64,000 bases of DNA, from contig CM074515.1 in NCBI GenBank assembly GCA_037379345.1, positions 43,653,743-43,717,742 on the forward strand. The letters run 5' to 3'. Of this stretch, positions 11,601 through 23,010 are shown piece after piece. How positions within the stretch are numbered: the first letter of the stretch is position 1; every line of letters begins with the position of its first letter. The translations under genes and the position numbers were made by a program. The DNA comes from Perna viridis. Its lineage: Eukaryota. The notes beneath the pieces are model-generated. The model was not told the origin of the DNA. It was given only the letters and a program-made list of their open reading frames with translations, and searched no databases.

Positions 11601-13181
11601 CTAATATAAAGTTAAGACCTAAGATATTGACTTTGTTATAATCTTATGGCGTGGTTGTCTATTTCATCAAAGCTCAGTTTACAATAAAATCTGTCATGTT
11701 AGCTAATTACTGTGTAATTTGAGTGTATTGTAATTATATTTGGGGTCTTAAGAAGGTGAAACAGAGGTTGACATTTTAGTTTCTCCCAGCTGTATTATTC
11801 AGCTATTGTTTATATAGTTTTTCATTGACATGTGGTACTAGATAATAGGAATGTTTTGAATTACATATTTTATTATAAGGAAGAGCAATAACATTTTTTG
11901 GGCAAGCTTGTTAATAAATTGTTAAAATTATATTACTGCAAAATGTCAATAAATGTGTGGTAAGATTTGACTTAAAATGAATTTGTTTTAGCCAGATTTA
12001 TATGCAAAATGTAATCAGTGCATGTACATTTTACATATATGTGTACATATACATTTGTAGTTATAATTCAGGTACATATACAGTGTATATGGACATGTAA
12101 CCTTCATTCATGATACGTTTGTATACAATTTACATTATACATGTACTATTTACTTTGAATACTTTCAAAAGAGACAGCAACTATGAGTTGAAAAAAGGAT
12201 TTTTGTTAATAAGAAATTTGTCTACAGCATACATGACTGCTGTCTTTATAGTATGACATGGTTTAGGTTGACATAAGTCATTTCATGCTTTTGATCTAAA
12301 AAGTAAATAAAGATTATTTTAAGGTAATGAATAATTATGAATATCTTAACACCTAATCTGATAAAAGATCACAAAGTGTCAAATGTTTAAACAGAGGGTC
12401 AGATAAGACCACTGTGGTTAAATGTGAACTGTCACTTAATATTTATAATCACATATCTTTCAGCAATCAATTTGCTTAGGTAGACATTTTAAGATAATTT
12501 TCCATTTGGGTATTATTATTCTTTATTGTGCATTTGATGTTATCAGTTTTTTTTTCTTTATTTTATTTTATACATGTACATTTCAAAAATGTACATTCTG
12601 TATGTACATGTCATGTACACTAACACTTTCTTGTTACTCAATTGAAGAAAAACTTATTAGTAATACATGTAGGTGGGGGAATCTACATGTACATTTTGTA
12701 CATTTGTACCTGGAATTTGTTTGATCTGATTCTTAAATTATTATTTTGAACTGTTTAAATTTTACAAATTACTTTTTATCTATGATCATGTATATGCATG
12801 TCAAAACAATTAGAGGAGTATTCCTACATGTAGTGATACATTTACATGTTTATCGAACTCAAATATTTAGTGCTACCTCATGTACAGTGTATATAGAACT
12901 ACATGTACTTTGATCACGGATCAACTTATGACCTTAGAACCACTGAGATTCTGATTTTCTGTCAGACAGAAAATGATCTGCTGCAAATCATGTGGTGCCA
13001 TTATGGAAGTTTAGTTAATGGGACAACTCAACCGGAAGACAAGTCATCCAATCCCTCTATCTATTAGGCTTATAGATCTCTACTTTGTCTGCCACATACA
13101 ATACACTAACTACAGAACTGTAACTTTTAAGGTCCTTTATTTTATTTTTTTTCGCGGACAGTGCTTATGAGGTCATAGAAG

Positions 13182-13686
13182 AAGGGCCTGATGGGGGGGT
13201 CTCATCACAATTCACAATTTGATTTTTTTGTCAATCACAATTCATAGAAAATAAATTTCAATGATCACGAATCACGAAAATATAAAAAGAGTATCCCCAA
13301 TCAATCTCAATAATAGACATTCAGAAGCTGGTTGTTTGTGTTGTAGATTGGTTTTATTAAGCTACAATCAAATATATTACTGGCTCATTACTTGTTTACT
13401 TGTTGAATTCTCCAAGGTTCTAATTGCACTTTTAAAACTATCACGCCACTTCAACTTTTTAAGCCAAGAAATACAACTCAATGGAACTCTTTATTTCTGT
13501 AATAGAAAAAAAATCACGAGAACGAAATATATGTCTCAATCACGAAGAACAAACATAAAACTCCAATTAAAACAATTCACGAACAATGCTTTCATCATGA
13601 ATCACGAAAAATATATCTGTAGAAAAACGGATCATGATAGCAAAATGCGCTGATCGCGAAGAATGAAAATAACCCATTAGGCCCCT
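13182..13686. mobile_element. Non-autonomous DNA transposon (MITE) with ~14-bp TIRs and 6-8 bp TSD
   Basis: TIRs (G)AAGGGCCTGATGGG / CCCATTAGGCCCCT(C), with CATAGAAG on both flanks (13174-13181, 13687-13694) and many ATCACGAA subterminal motifs. Confidence 0.8.
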
Positions 13687-13888
13687 CATAGAAGTGCACT
13701 CTGATATAAATGTGGTCATAGAAGTGCACTCTGATATAACTGAGATCATAGAAGTGCACTCTGATACAAATGTGGTCAGAGAAGTGCACTGATATAAATG
13801 TGGTCTTTGAAGTAGTCTGATACAAGTGTGATCATAAAAGTACACTCTGATACAAATGAGGTCATATAAGTGCACTCTGATACAAATG
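13687..13888. repeat. 30-bp minisatellite, ~7 copies
   Basis: Unit CATAGAAGTGCACTCTGATATAAATGTGGT. Confidence 0.92.
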
Positions 13889-14571
13889 TAAGTGGAGGCC
13901 CTACCCCATGTGGAAGACTGAATCTTTTATGTCCACAAATGTGTTGATTTTAGACATATTCCCATTTGGTCATTGTCCTATGATCATACATGTACATGTA
14001 CATGTATTTCCATTCATGTATCTCTGATTATTTTAATTGTACATGCTTTGTTCTAATTACAAAGTTACTCAAATCAGCACTTTACCTTAACTGTTGATCT
14101 GCAAAGGCATGAAGGTGAACACTTTACAGTGATTGTTTGATTTCAAATGAAATGTTCCTTATTACGTTAATGTATTTATAATGAGTTAAACACAGTCAGG
14201 AGAAAGATTGACACTTAAGATAACTGCCTACACCCTTGGTGGATCAAACATTCTCTGTAGGTTTTTTTTAAATTAACCATTTAATGAGGTAAATTGATTT
14301 TATGCACTAATGGAGGATTATATAAAAGATGAGTTTGTTTGCAATTGAAATTGTGCATTTGAAAGGTTTTTTTTGTATGATGTAAAATTGTATTATTCAT
14401 AAGGTTTTATCTGATACAATGTATAGAAAAGTGAACAAATTACTAAAAATGTATTTACACTTCACAACTCAGTCACAGGGACTTGTAATAATGGTTTCAT
14501 TTAATACACAATGTATATACAATATACATGTTGACTGATAACCTGGGTCATATTTTTAATTTTTCACTTTT

Positions 14572-14790
14572 TTGAGCAACTCGTTGGGTGTTTCTAGAAA
14601 AGCAGAGGACGCTTACCATACCGGGAACCTAGTCCATGCTCTGAGGTGCTCATTTGCTTTTGTTACTTTGTATGTATGATTTTAGTTACTTTATGTTCTT
14701 CATTGTGTAGGTCGGTTTTCCATGTCTGGTCTTTGTCCCTGGATTACATTCTTTTTATTACCGCTATAACCTCGGTTCCCTTGGTTACTT
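14572..14790 (+). mobile_element. Penelope-like 3'-end copy with an internal deletion
   Basis: GAGCAACTCG..GGGTGTTTCTAGAAAAGCAGAGGACGCTTACC... matches 6760-7005 and 42945-43183. Confidence 0.85.
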
Positions 14791-15024
14791 TTTGATTACC
14801 ACTATAACCTAGGTTCACGTGGTTACTCTTTGATTACTGCTATAACCTCAGTTCCCTTGGTTACACTTTGATCACCACTATAACCTCGGTTCCCTTGGTT
14901 ACTCTTTGATTACCGCTTTAACCTCGGTTCCCTTGATTTCTCTTTGATTACTGCTATAACCTCGGTTCCCTTGATTACTCTTTGATTACCACTATAACCT
15001 TGGTTCCCTTGGTTACTCTTTGAT
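14753..15024 (+). repeat. 38-bp tandem array (7 copies) made of the Penelope-like element's terminal segment
   Basis: CT(A/T)TAACC recurs at 14764, 14802, 14840, 14878, 14916, 14954 and 14992. Unit TTTGATTACCRCTATAACCTCGGTTCCCTTGRTTACTC. Confidence 0.95.
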
Positions 15025-15526
15025 GTAGAGTAAAACCTGTCTTAACAGACTTTAAATTTGTGTTGGTTTAGACAAGTGTTCTGTTTATAAATGTTAAAAA
15101 TAATTTAAATTGATACAATGGGACCCTTTTTAGTGCTGGTTTAAATGAAAAAAATATGTTCTAACAAAAGATGGACTATAGCCCCAGAAACACTTGTATA
15201 ATTTTGGAAGCTTTGGTGCACGATCCTGTATTATCAGACATTCTTTACATTGTGGTTGTTTTAAAAGGAGGAATATGCCCACCTTTCTGTACAAAAATGT
15301 ACAATCCTGGTTTACCCTGATAAAGGATGACAAATTCTTTCTACCCAGAGGTTCTTTTGGATGAACTTCTATAGCTGCAGACGTCTGTTTATTATCACAA
15401 TGACATTTTATAATTAAAAGGTGTAATTTTTTGCTTGTATCTTAAATGGACATCCCTCAATCAAACCAAGGCAAAACAGTGTACCAAACATAAAACTGAA
15501 AAAAAAAAAAAAAAACAACAACTAAT

Positions 15527-15647
15527 CAGGGATAAAAATTAGCATTAGCCCATTGCTACTAGATTTTTAGCTGGGTTGACATATAGAAAATATTAAACAA
15601 AAATATGGTCTGGCCTACCAGCTAGTATTTCCTAATTTTTATCCCTG
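15527..15647. mobile_element. 121-bp mini-MITE
   Basis: Perfect 16-bp TIR CAGGGATAAAAATTAG / CTAATTTTTATCCCTG, with CTAAT on both flanks. Confidence 0.75.
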
Positions 15648-15769
15648 CTAATAGTGAGACAAAAGTTAATTCACAAAGACAGCTCACTGAAACCTTGGAC
15701 TCATCAAACATGTCAAATTTTAATGATCTTTTATTTTTATTCATGAATTATAAACTTTTGTATTTTCAG

Positions 15770-16014
15770 ATTATATGGAGAACCCAGAATGTAATGATTT
15801 TAAATACCTAGGAGGTGCTACAGTATATTCACATGACAAACAGTTATCGGAATATTATGACCATCGGATTTCATGTCAAATTACATTCAAGGCAGAAAAT
15901 GAGGGCTGGAAGCTTGTACTCAAATTTGTATATATCGATATACCAGATCGAGATGACAAAATTTGCAACGATGCCATTTATGTTTTTAATAGTGATAAAA
16001 TTTTAAATCCTTTT
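15770..16014 (+). CDS. CUB-domain protein, coding exon 2
   Basis: TATTTTCAG acceptor and GTAAGT donor. YYMENPEC...ISCQITF...LVLKFVYIDIP...CNDAIYVF has the CUB Cys/strand pattern. Phase 1 in, phase 0 out. Confidence 0.92.
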
Positions 16015-17329
16015 GTAAGTTTTTGATTATATTGGGATAATCTGTTTCTGTTGATAATGATCTATAATAACAGTTGGGTGATTATCTCCCTTTGTGAGGG
16101 ATTATTTTTCAACACAGCAAGGGGTATTTAAAGTTATGCAACAAAAGTAACATTATTGTCATTATAATATCATATAGTATGTTTGTTATGCAATGTTATT
16201 TTTTTATGAAAAAATACTCCTCTTTTTTTATTGGAAGATACGGTGAAGTACTTTTGTAGACACAGCCATCCTTTGTATTAATGCATTGATTGTTGACATC
16301 ATCAACAGGGAGGGACGTGCATGCCTTACATACAGTGATGGGTCTTTGGCTATTATTTGCTCATTTTTTAAATTATTGAAGAAATTTTAACTTTTCTAGC
16401 AATAAGGGGGTTCAGTTCCTTCCTTGGAAAAAAGTGAAGAAAATGTTGTTTAAATGTCATTAATGCACCTACACAAATTTATGTAGGAATGCATTAGGGC
16501 AAATAAGTATTGATTTTTTTACCTTTTTTTTATGGTGCCGACAAATCCTGCCCAAATTCAAAGTTAATTTGATAAACAAATGGAAGTGGTGGCAGGAAAA
16601 TCCTAATTTACATGGAAGTTGTAATAATATCTTTGTACATGTAGTATACAGGTATGATCTGCATTTATCAATTTGTGAACTGTGAAATGAAATGTTATGG
16701 TGAAGTGGTTTTATGAAGAATTGTTGAAAAATGACAACCAAACTACAGCCTGATGATTAATTTGTAGCTTTAAATACTGGTATATGGAAAACCTGGGATA
16801 AAATTTCAGTCTATTTCTATTGTAAATTGACAGTGATTAAATAATTTGTCTGTGGGAGAAAAAAAGAGGTTTAGAATAATACTGTTTATGGGTCATAATT
16901 CGATATGTTGCTACTTTTAGTATTGTTCCCTACTTGATTGATGTTTTAACCAACAGCAAAGAATTAAAATCCCAAGGGAAAAAAATGGGCAATACGAGTT
17001 AATAATTATAGGGTGCTCCATTGTTGCAAATTATTTTGGATTTTTACAGTCTTTTAAGTATCAGTTTGCATAATCTTTACACTGCACATCTTGTAACTTC
17101 TATTTTTTTGCCACAAAATATGAAAATGCATAATGTGTGGTCAGTCAGTTGTTTGTGTGTGTGGGTAGGGATTCATCTTTCATGAATTGCTAAGATTTGC
17201 TGTTACAAAAACAATTTAATTTACACTACATGTACATGTACATGTACATGTAAATACATGCACTTATTCTGAGGAGTAAATCAAAATACTGGAGTTTATT
17301 TCATTAAATTGGCAGCAACAATATTGCCC

Positions 17330-17570
17330 TATATTCCTTGAACAATTAACAACAATCTTAGCAAAATTTGCTCAATATTCATGATATTCCTTTGACAAAT
17401 ACAAAGGTCTTAGCAAAACTTGTCATACATGTATATTCCTTTAAAAAGTACAACAATTGTAATGCAAAACTTGCCAAATGTTCCTTTAACAAGTACATGT
17501 ACATGTACAATGATCTGAGTAAAAATTGCCAAATATTCTGTGGACAGAATTTCTCAAATTTATTATAAAC
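17330..17570. repeat. Degenerate ~40-50-bp tandem repeat
   Basis: ATATTCCTT(G/T)..CAA...GCAAAA..TTG recurs about five times. Confidence 0.55.
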
Positions 17571-18081
17571 ATGTTATGTGCTTGTAGTAAAAATGAAATG
17601 TAATGGTTTCCAAATTACAGTTAAGTTTTCATTCAGATTATTATTGCTGATTTTTAAGGAGATTATGCATGTAGCATGGGCTCCTCTTTCCTACAATATG
17701 ATTGGCAGGTTTGCAATTCAGGGTAATTGAAGTCAATGAGTTATTCCAGGGTCTGTTTTTGTATGTGGAGAATGTCCCTTTGATATCTGTGTAGTAAGAT
17801 GGATGTTTTTTTTCCACTAGTATTTACACAGTATTTATCTTGTCACCTTCTAAGAGTTGAGAAATACAATGAGTGACAATTATTGACAAAGCTATTGACT
17901 AAATGTAAATATTGAGCCTGAGATATTGCTTTACTGATAGGATATGTGTTGATAGCACATGAACATACATTTTGTATAAAATGATTGAGCTCAGATTCTT
18001 ATAAAAATTAAGGGCCCAAAATGTTAAATGTTATGTTTTCCATTGATCAGTTAATGTTTGTCGGTCTGTACTGAAACCAAC

Positions 18082-18289
18082 TACTGTGAAAATATTGTTT
18101 GTGGAGTTCCAATTCTCGTGGATTTCGTGGGTATGGTAAACAACAAAATTTGGTTCCCAACGAAAAGGAAATTTTCCATTCATATGTAAGATAGAGTTGT
18201 CAAATCAACAAATTCACGAATCCACAAACTTATCATTTTCCCCTAAACCACGAAAATTGATACCCGCAAATAAAAGTACTTTCACAGTA
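18082..18289. mobile_element. TA-flanked MITE
   Basis: Ends TACTGTGAAA / TTTCACAGTA, with internal inverted TTTCGTGG / CCACGAAA motifs. Confidence 0.75.
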
Positions 18290-19064
18290 ACAATGATTTT
18301 GATGAATTTGGTCAAGACATACATTTGTAACATTTGTTATACTTATTTTATATTACAAGTGTAATAGCATGTATATATATATATATATACATTTTTTTGA
18401 TATGTTATACTCAGTCTTGTTCTTGTTTTGTTTTTTTGTCTACGTCACTGACCAATTCTCTGTTTAACAGAATGACAGATAAAATTCATTTATGTTGAGA
18501 TATGTGGGAGCATCCAATTTCTTCTGGTTCTTTATCCAACAGTTGAACTTAACATATGCAATAAATATGAACAAGATAAAATAACAAGTGCACTTAGTTC
18601 AGCATAATATAGATACATAACTTTACAAACTATTGCACTCTATTCACATCAGGAGGCTTTAAGTAGCCCTTTATTCAACACATATTTTGCTAAAATCTGA
18701 CATTTGAAGATAAAAAAATGTGCATTAGCTTGGGGAAATTAGCCGATAATTACTTTATAACTTATTTCTACAGCTTGTAAATTAGTATAGTTATATGAAA
18801 TTTTGCAGTTTTTTTATGTAGAATATGGCAGGCTATTAAGTAGTGTTGGGAATGTTATGAAAGATGGTGCTTGTCAAATATTTTGATATAAATTAATTCC
18901 TTACTTCATATTGCAAAGTGCTGCTATATTTCATTTGCAACTTGTTACGCTTTTGTGGAAATTGATTCATTGGTGGCCTTGTTATAATAGATGTTTCTAT
19001 TTAATTTAGTTATTGATGAAAACAGGATGTAAATACATGTGTATTTAAATTTCATACTGGTATA

Positions 19065-19385
19065 TACACTACTGTCAACCAAAATTTAATTTCTCCACTC
19101 TTCACAGTGGAGCCACTCATGTCCTCCACTGTGACTCCACCATAGTAAAAACTAGGATGAAATTGCTCAATTTCAATAGTTTTCAATATTTTTTCTGTCC
19201 TTTATTGAAATGTATTAAACTGCTGGAACCATTAAATATACATTTGTATAAAGATAGGAGAAGTTAGTTACAGACAATTTTTGAAATGGTGACTCCACTG
19301 TGGAGACTGGAGACATTGTGACTCCACTCAAAATATCTCCACTGTGGAGAGTGGAGAAATTAAAATTTGTGTTGATAATGGTGTA
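19065..19385. mobile_element. MITE with ~48-bp TIRs, CAC...GTG termini and TA flanks (CACTA/EnSpm-like or Tc1-like)
   Basis: TACACTACTGTCAACCAAAATTTAATTTCTCCACTC... mirrors ...GAGTGGAGAAATTAAAATTTGTGTTGATAATGGTGTA, with repeated CTCCAC/GTGGAG motifs. Confidence 0.8.
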
Positions 19386-19778
19386 CATGTACCTACATTG
19401 TAGCTGTAACAGTTAAATTCGTAAGAGGGTGTAGAAGGGACTTCCCCCTTTTTTTGCTGGAAAATTTTGGTTGATTTTCATGTATATAGAAAATTAATAC
19501 GAATTTTTGGAGTTTTTTTTTACCTACTAGTGATTGTCTTTGTTTAAAATCTTTTAATATTCAAACCTATCTAAAGTGGCCTTCCAAAGGAAAGCAGTAA
19601 TGGTCGCATACATTTTGTAAGGCAGGTGGTCTTTATGTACAGGTCTGTTTTACATAGACATGATAGAAAGCACTACTTAGAGATATTGGAATCATAGTGT
19701 TTTCGAAAGATTTTTGCTGAACACAGGTGGTTCCTTTGGTTTGATGGAATGTATACAATCTTATTAATGGACTGAATA

Positions 19779-20002
19779 CAGTCTTTCCAAAGGTTCATCA
19801 GACCGTCAGATATCACTGGTAAAAATGTGACAGGACCGGTAAAAAAATCTGGAACGCCAGACTGGATGTCCAGAAAACGTCCAATATTAGTCATTCTTGA
19901 TTAAGGTTAAAATGGACGGTAAAACTTGGTTCAGTCCTGAAAATAGTATGTCTACACAGGACCGAATGTCCTGAAAAAAAAAATGAACCTTTGGGAAGAC
20001 TT
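19779..20002. mobile_element. MITE with ~20-bp TIRs (CAG start, hAT-like)
   Basis: CAGTCTTTCCAAAGGTTCAT / ATGAACCTTTGGGAAGACT. TSD unclear. Confidence 0.7.
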
Positions 20003-20746
20003 TGAATGATTTGTTTGCTGGTATTTCAGGTTCACTCGGGGTTGATATGCAATTAGGTTGATATGAAGGGAATTCCATGTTAGTCCTTTTTCATGATTTA
20101 CCTTTTTTTTTTTTTTTTTTTTTCAGGGGTATAGGAGTTTAAAATTACTTTCAAGAATGAAAAGTCCTAAACCTTTCAAAGTTGCAAATCAATGGTCCAC
20201 TTGATTAAAATCAAAAGTTGTCAATAAAGTACATGTCAGTTGATGTACATCTAACTATCAAGGTCTCTGATAGTTAGATGTACATTAAATCTGAGTTAAT
20301 TTATTTATTAACCTGAGTTAATAATTAAATTAAAATTTTACAGTTTAATTTAATTATTTGTCAGAAATTGAAGGCTCTGGTCCTTTGACCACTGCTAAGT
20401 AGATTTCCTTGGATATTGTACCACCAAGCAAGTTTCTGTCCTGGAACAAGCTACATGAAACACTATATCTTAGTACTGGACCCATAGAATGAATTTATAC
20501 TGCCAAAACTTAGGTTTTATTCTTTTGTTGCATAATTCTCCACTTTATATTTCCCTTTAGGATACAGGATACAGCTTGTTTGAATATGCTTAAACACCTA
20601 GATACTATGAAAATAGAAATAACTTCAAAAATTTCATTAGATTGGTTATTGAAGTTTGTAATTTTGTGACTTTTATTATTCCAATTACTGCATTTTATCC
20701 GAATATTGCCCTAATTAATTTTTTATTTTAATAATTCATATTTTAG

Positions 20747-20838
20747 AAAGAAGCCGGTGGTAATTATGGTCTTTGTGGTTCCATAGCGCCATCAGAACCA
20801 ATGACATCATCAGGACAGTTTATTACCGTTAATTTTAG
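20747..20838 (+). CDS. CUB-domain protein, coding exon 3
   Basis: TTTTAG acceptor and AG/GTAAGT donor. KEAGGNYGLCGSIAPSEPMTSSGQFITVNFR carries the CUB LCG..P...SSG..I.V.F motif. Phase 0 in, phase 2 out. Confidence 0.92.
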
Positions 20839-22387
20839 GTAAGTGAATTCCCATGTTTTAGTGTAAGCGTTCATGATCTGCAAACTTGGATTTAAAGACT
20901 GATCATTTATTTTTCTAAAAAATGTTGAAAAAAAGCTGATAGATTTTTATTGATCTTCTGTACAAGATTATTTTCCTTCCCCTACCTGGAAATGCAAGGG
21001 CATGCAAGAGAGGATATTAATCTTGTAGCAATTACAACTGGTAATTGTTTATGCTTTATTTTGCCTATGACATCATTAGTTCTGGTAATCTAAGTTACTA
21101 GACCTTATTTTTCTCATCATTGCACTGTGCAATGAAGAAAAATTAAGAACGAGATCAAAGAAAAAAAATTGAAAAATATGGGGGAATGGCATATTTCCAA
21201 ATACATTTGTACCTCTATGAATTTTCCTAATCACTGGTATTTACTGCAAATAAAGGTCTAAAAGCGATAAAAGTAGAGCTTGTTATGAAAAAAAAAAAAT
21301 TGTCATCCCTTTTCGTACTGAAGTTTTCGATGAAAAAACCTGGATATCAATTTTCTAATGGATAATTGCATGAGGTTTGATAACAATTCAGCAAATAATG
21401 GGGGAGATACACACACATGAATACCTCTACTGTTATATTGAGGACAATTACATTTTATGTTGGACAGACAGACTGACAGATCAAACAAATACATGTTCCT
21501 CTTCTCTAAATGGGAGGGAGATTAATTTTGCGGCATCTGATCTATTTGATAATTATATTTGATATTCTTAACATTGTAACACTTTATGGTGAACTACAGG
21601 TAAAAGTCCTATCTAGATTGCTATTTTATGCCTTTAATTACAGCACCTTTCCAATATCAGAATAATTTGCTGGAACATTTATATCAATAACAGCCTATTT
21701 GAACAGAGGTGTAATTGATTTTCAACTTGAATTTCATTAAAATAACAGTGCACAATTATCTGATAACTTAGCAAACACAAATTTTTATATTCAGTTGATA
21801 ACACTTGAAATGCATTAAAAAAACAGCACTTATAAAGAAAACATGTCTTTTTTATCTTGGAACACATCAGGACATTAGGATCATAAAACCTTCCATCTAT
21901 CCTTCTAATTATATTTAGAAAAATGGCACTTTGATCATTACCTATGGGTGGCTAGATTAAAAGATGAGCTTTGAAAAATGGCAGTATAACGTGTGATGAC
22001 ATATGAAATACCAGAGAAATGTACTGAAAATGCCGAAAATTTTGACATCTGTTTCAGATCGCAGTGGTGCATTGACACAAACTGTGATAAGAATGGTTGA
22101 TAATTAGCAATGTATTCTGGTTAATGTTTAACATAAGAAACATCTAATACAAAAAAAAGGCCTCCAGATGAATTTTCATTGAAAATATCTAAGGAAAAAA
22201 TTATCTGTAAGAAGATTGACTTGATTCCACTTCAGAATCATGACTGCTGATATGGAGCTTAGGATTTTTTCATAAAATGATAAATCGTTATTCTGGCACA
22301 TGGAGATACCAAGACTCCAGCAAAACTCATCTTAATTCTAATCCTTTGTAAAATTCCATGATGCTGAAGTTGTACATGTATAAAACA

Positions 22388-22811
22388 GCAATAACTTCTC
22401 TTAGTTTGTGCTCACTTTTCCCATTTGTTTGTACGCTACAGGCAGAAATGTGCAATAACTTCTTCCTTAGTTTGTGCTAACTTTTCTCCTTTGTATGCTA
22501 CAGGGAGAAATGAGCAAAAACTCCTAGTTTGTGTTCACTTTTCCCATTTGTTTGTATGCTACAGTGAAAAATGTGCAATAACCTCACCTAGTTAGTGCTC
22601 ACTTTTCCCATTTGTATGCTACAGGGAGAAATGAGCAAAAACTCCTGTTTTGTGCTCACTTTTCCCATTTGGATGCTACAGTAAGATTAATGAGCAAAAA
22701 CTCATAGTTTGTGCTCACTTTTCCCATTTGTTTGTATGCTACAGTGAGAAGTGTGCAATAACCTCTCCTAGTTATTGCTCACTTTTCCCATTTGTATGCT
22801 ACAGGGAGAAG
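22388..22811 (+). repeat. Tandem array of 7 self-complementary 57-66 bp units in two alternating subtypes
   Basis: Units start at ~22402, 22468, 22525, 22589, 22646, 22705 and 22769. The arm AGTTTGTGCTCACTTTTCCC pairs with GGGAGAAATGAGCAAAAACT. Confidence 0.9.
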
Positions 22812-22859
22812 TTTTTGAAATATATTACAAGTACATGGTCAACAAGGTCTATATTGTTA

Positions 22860-23010
22860 TATTTGCTTATTTGCTTTTGTTACTTAGTATGTATGATTTT
22901 AGTTACTTTATGTTCTTTGTTGCGTATGTCTGTTTTCCATGTCTGGTCTTTGTCTCTGGATTACATTCTTTTGATTACTGCTATAACCTTGGTTCTCTTG
23001 ATTACTCTTT
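22860..23010 (+). mobile_element. Short Penelope-like 3'-end copy
   Basis: TTTGCTTTTGTTACTT...CCATGTCTGGTCTTTGTC...CTTGATTACTCTT matches the family. Confidence 0.85.

Noticed and set aside
19765-19812. Hammerhead look-alike on the minus strand (CTGATGA-ACCTTTG-GAAA-GACTG-TATT-CAGTC)
   Set aside because: Stem II has no closing pair, the conserved U before the cleavage site is C, and stem I cannot form. The motif straddles a MITE terminus and its flank.
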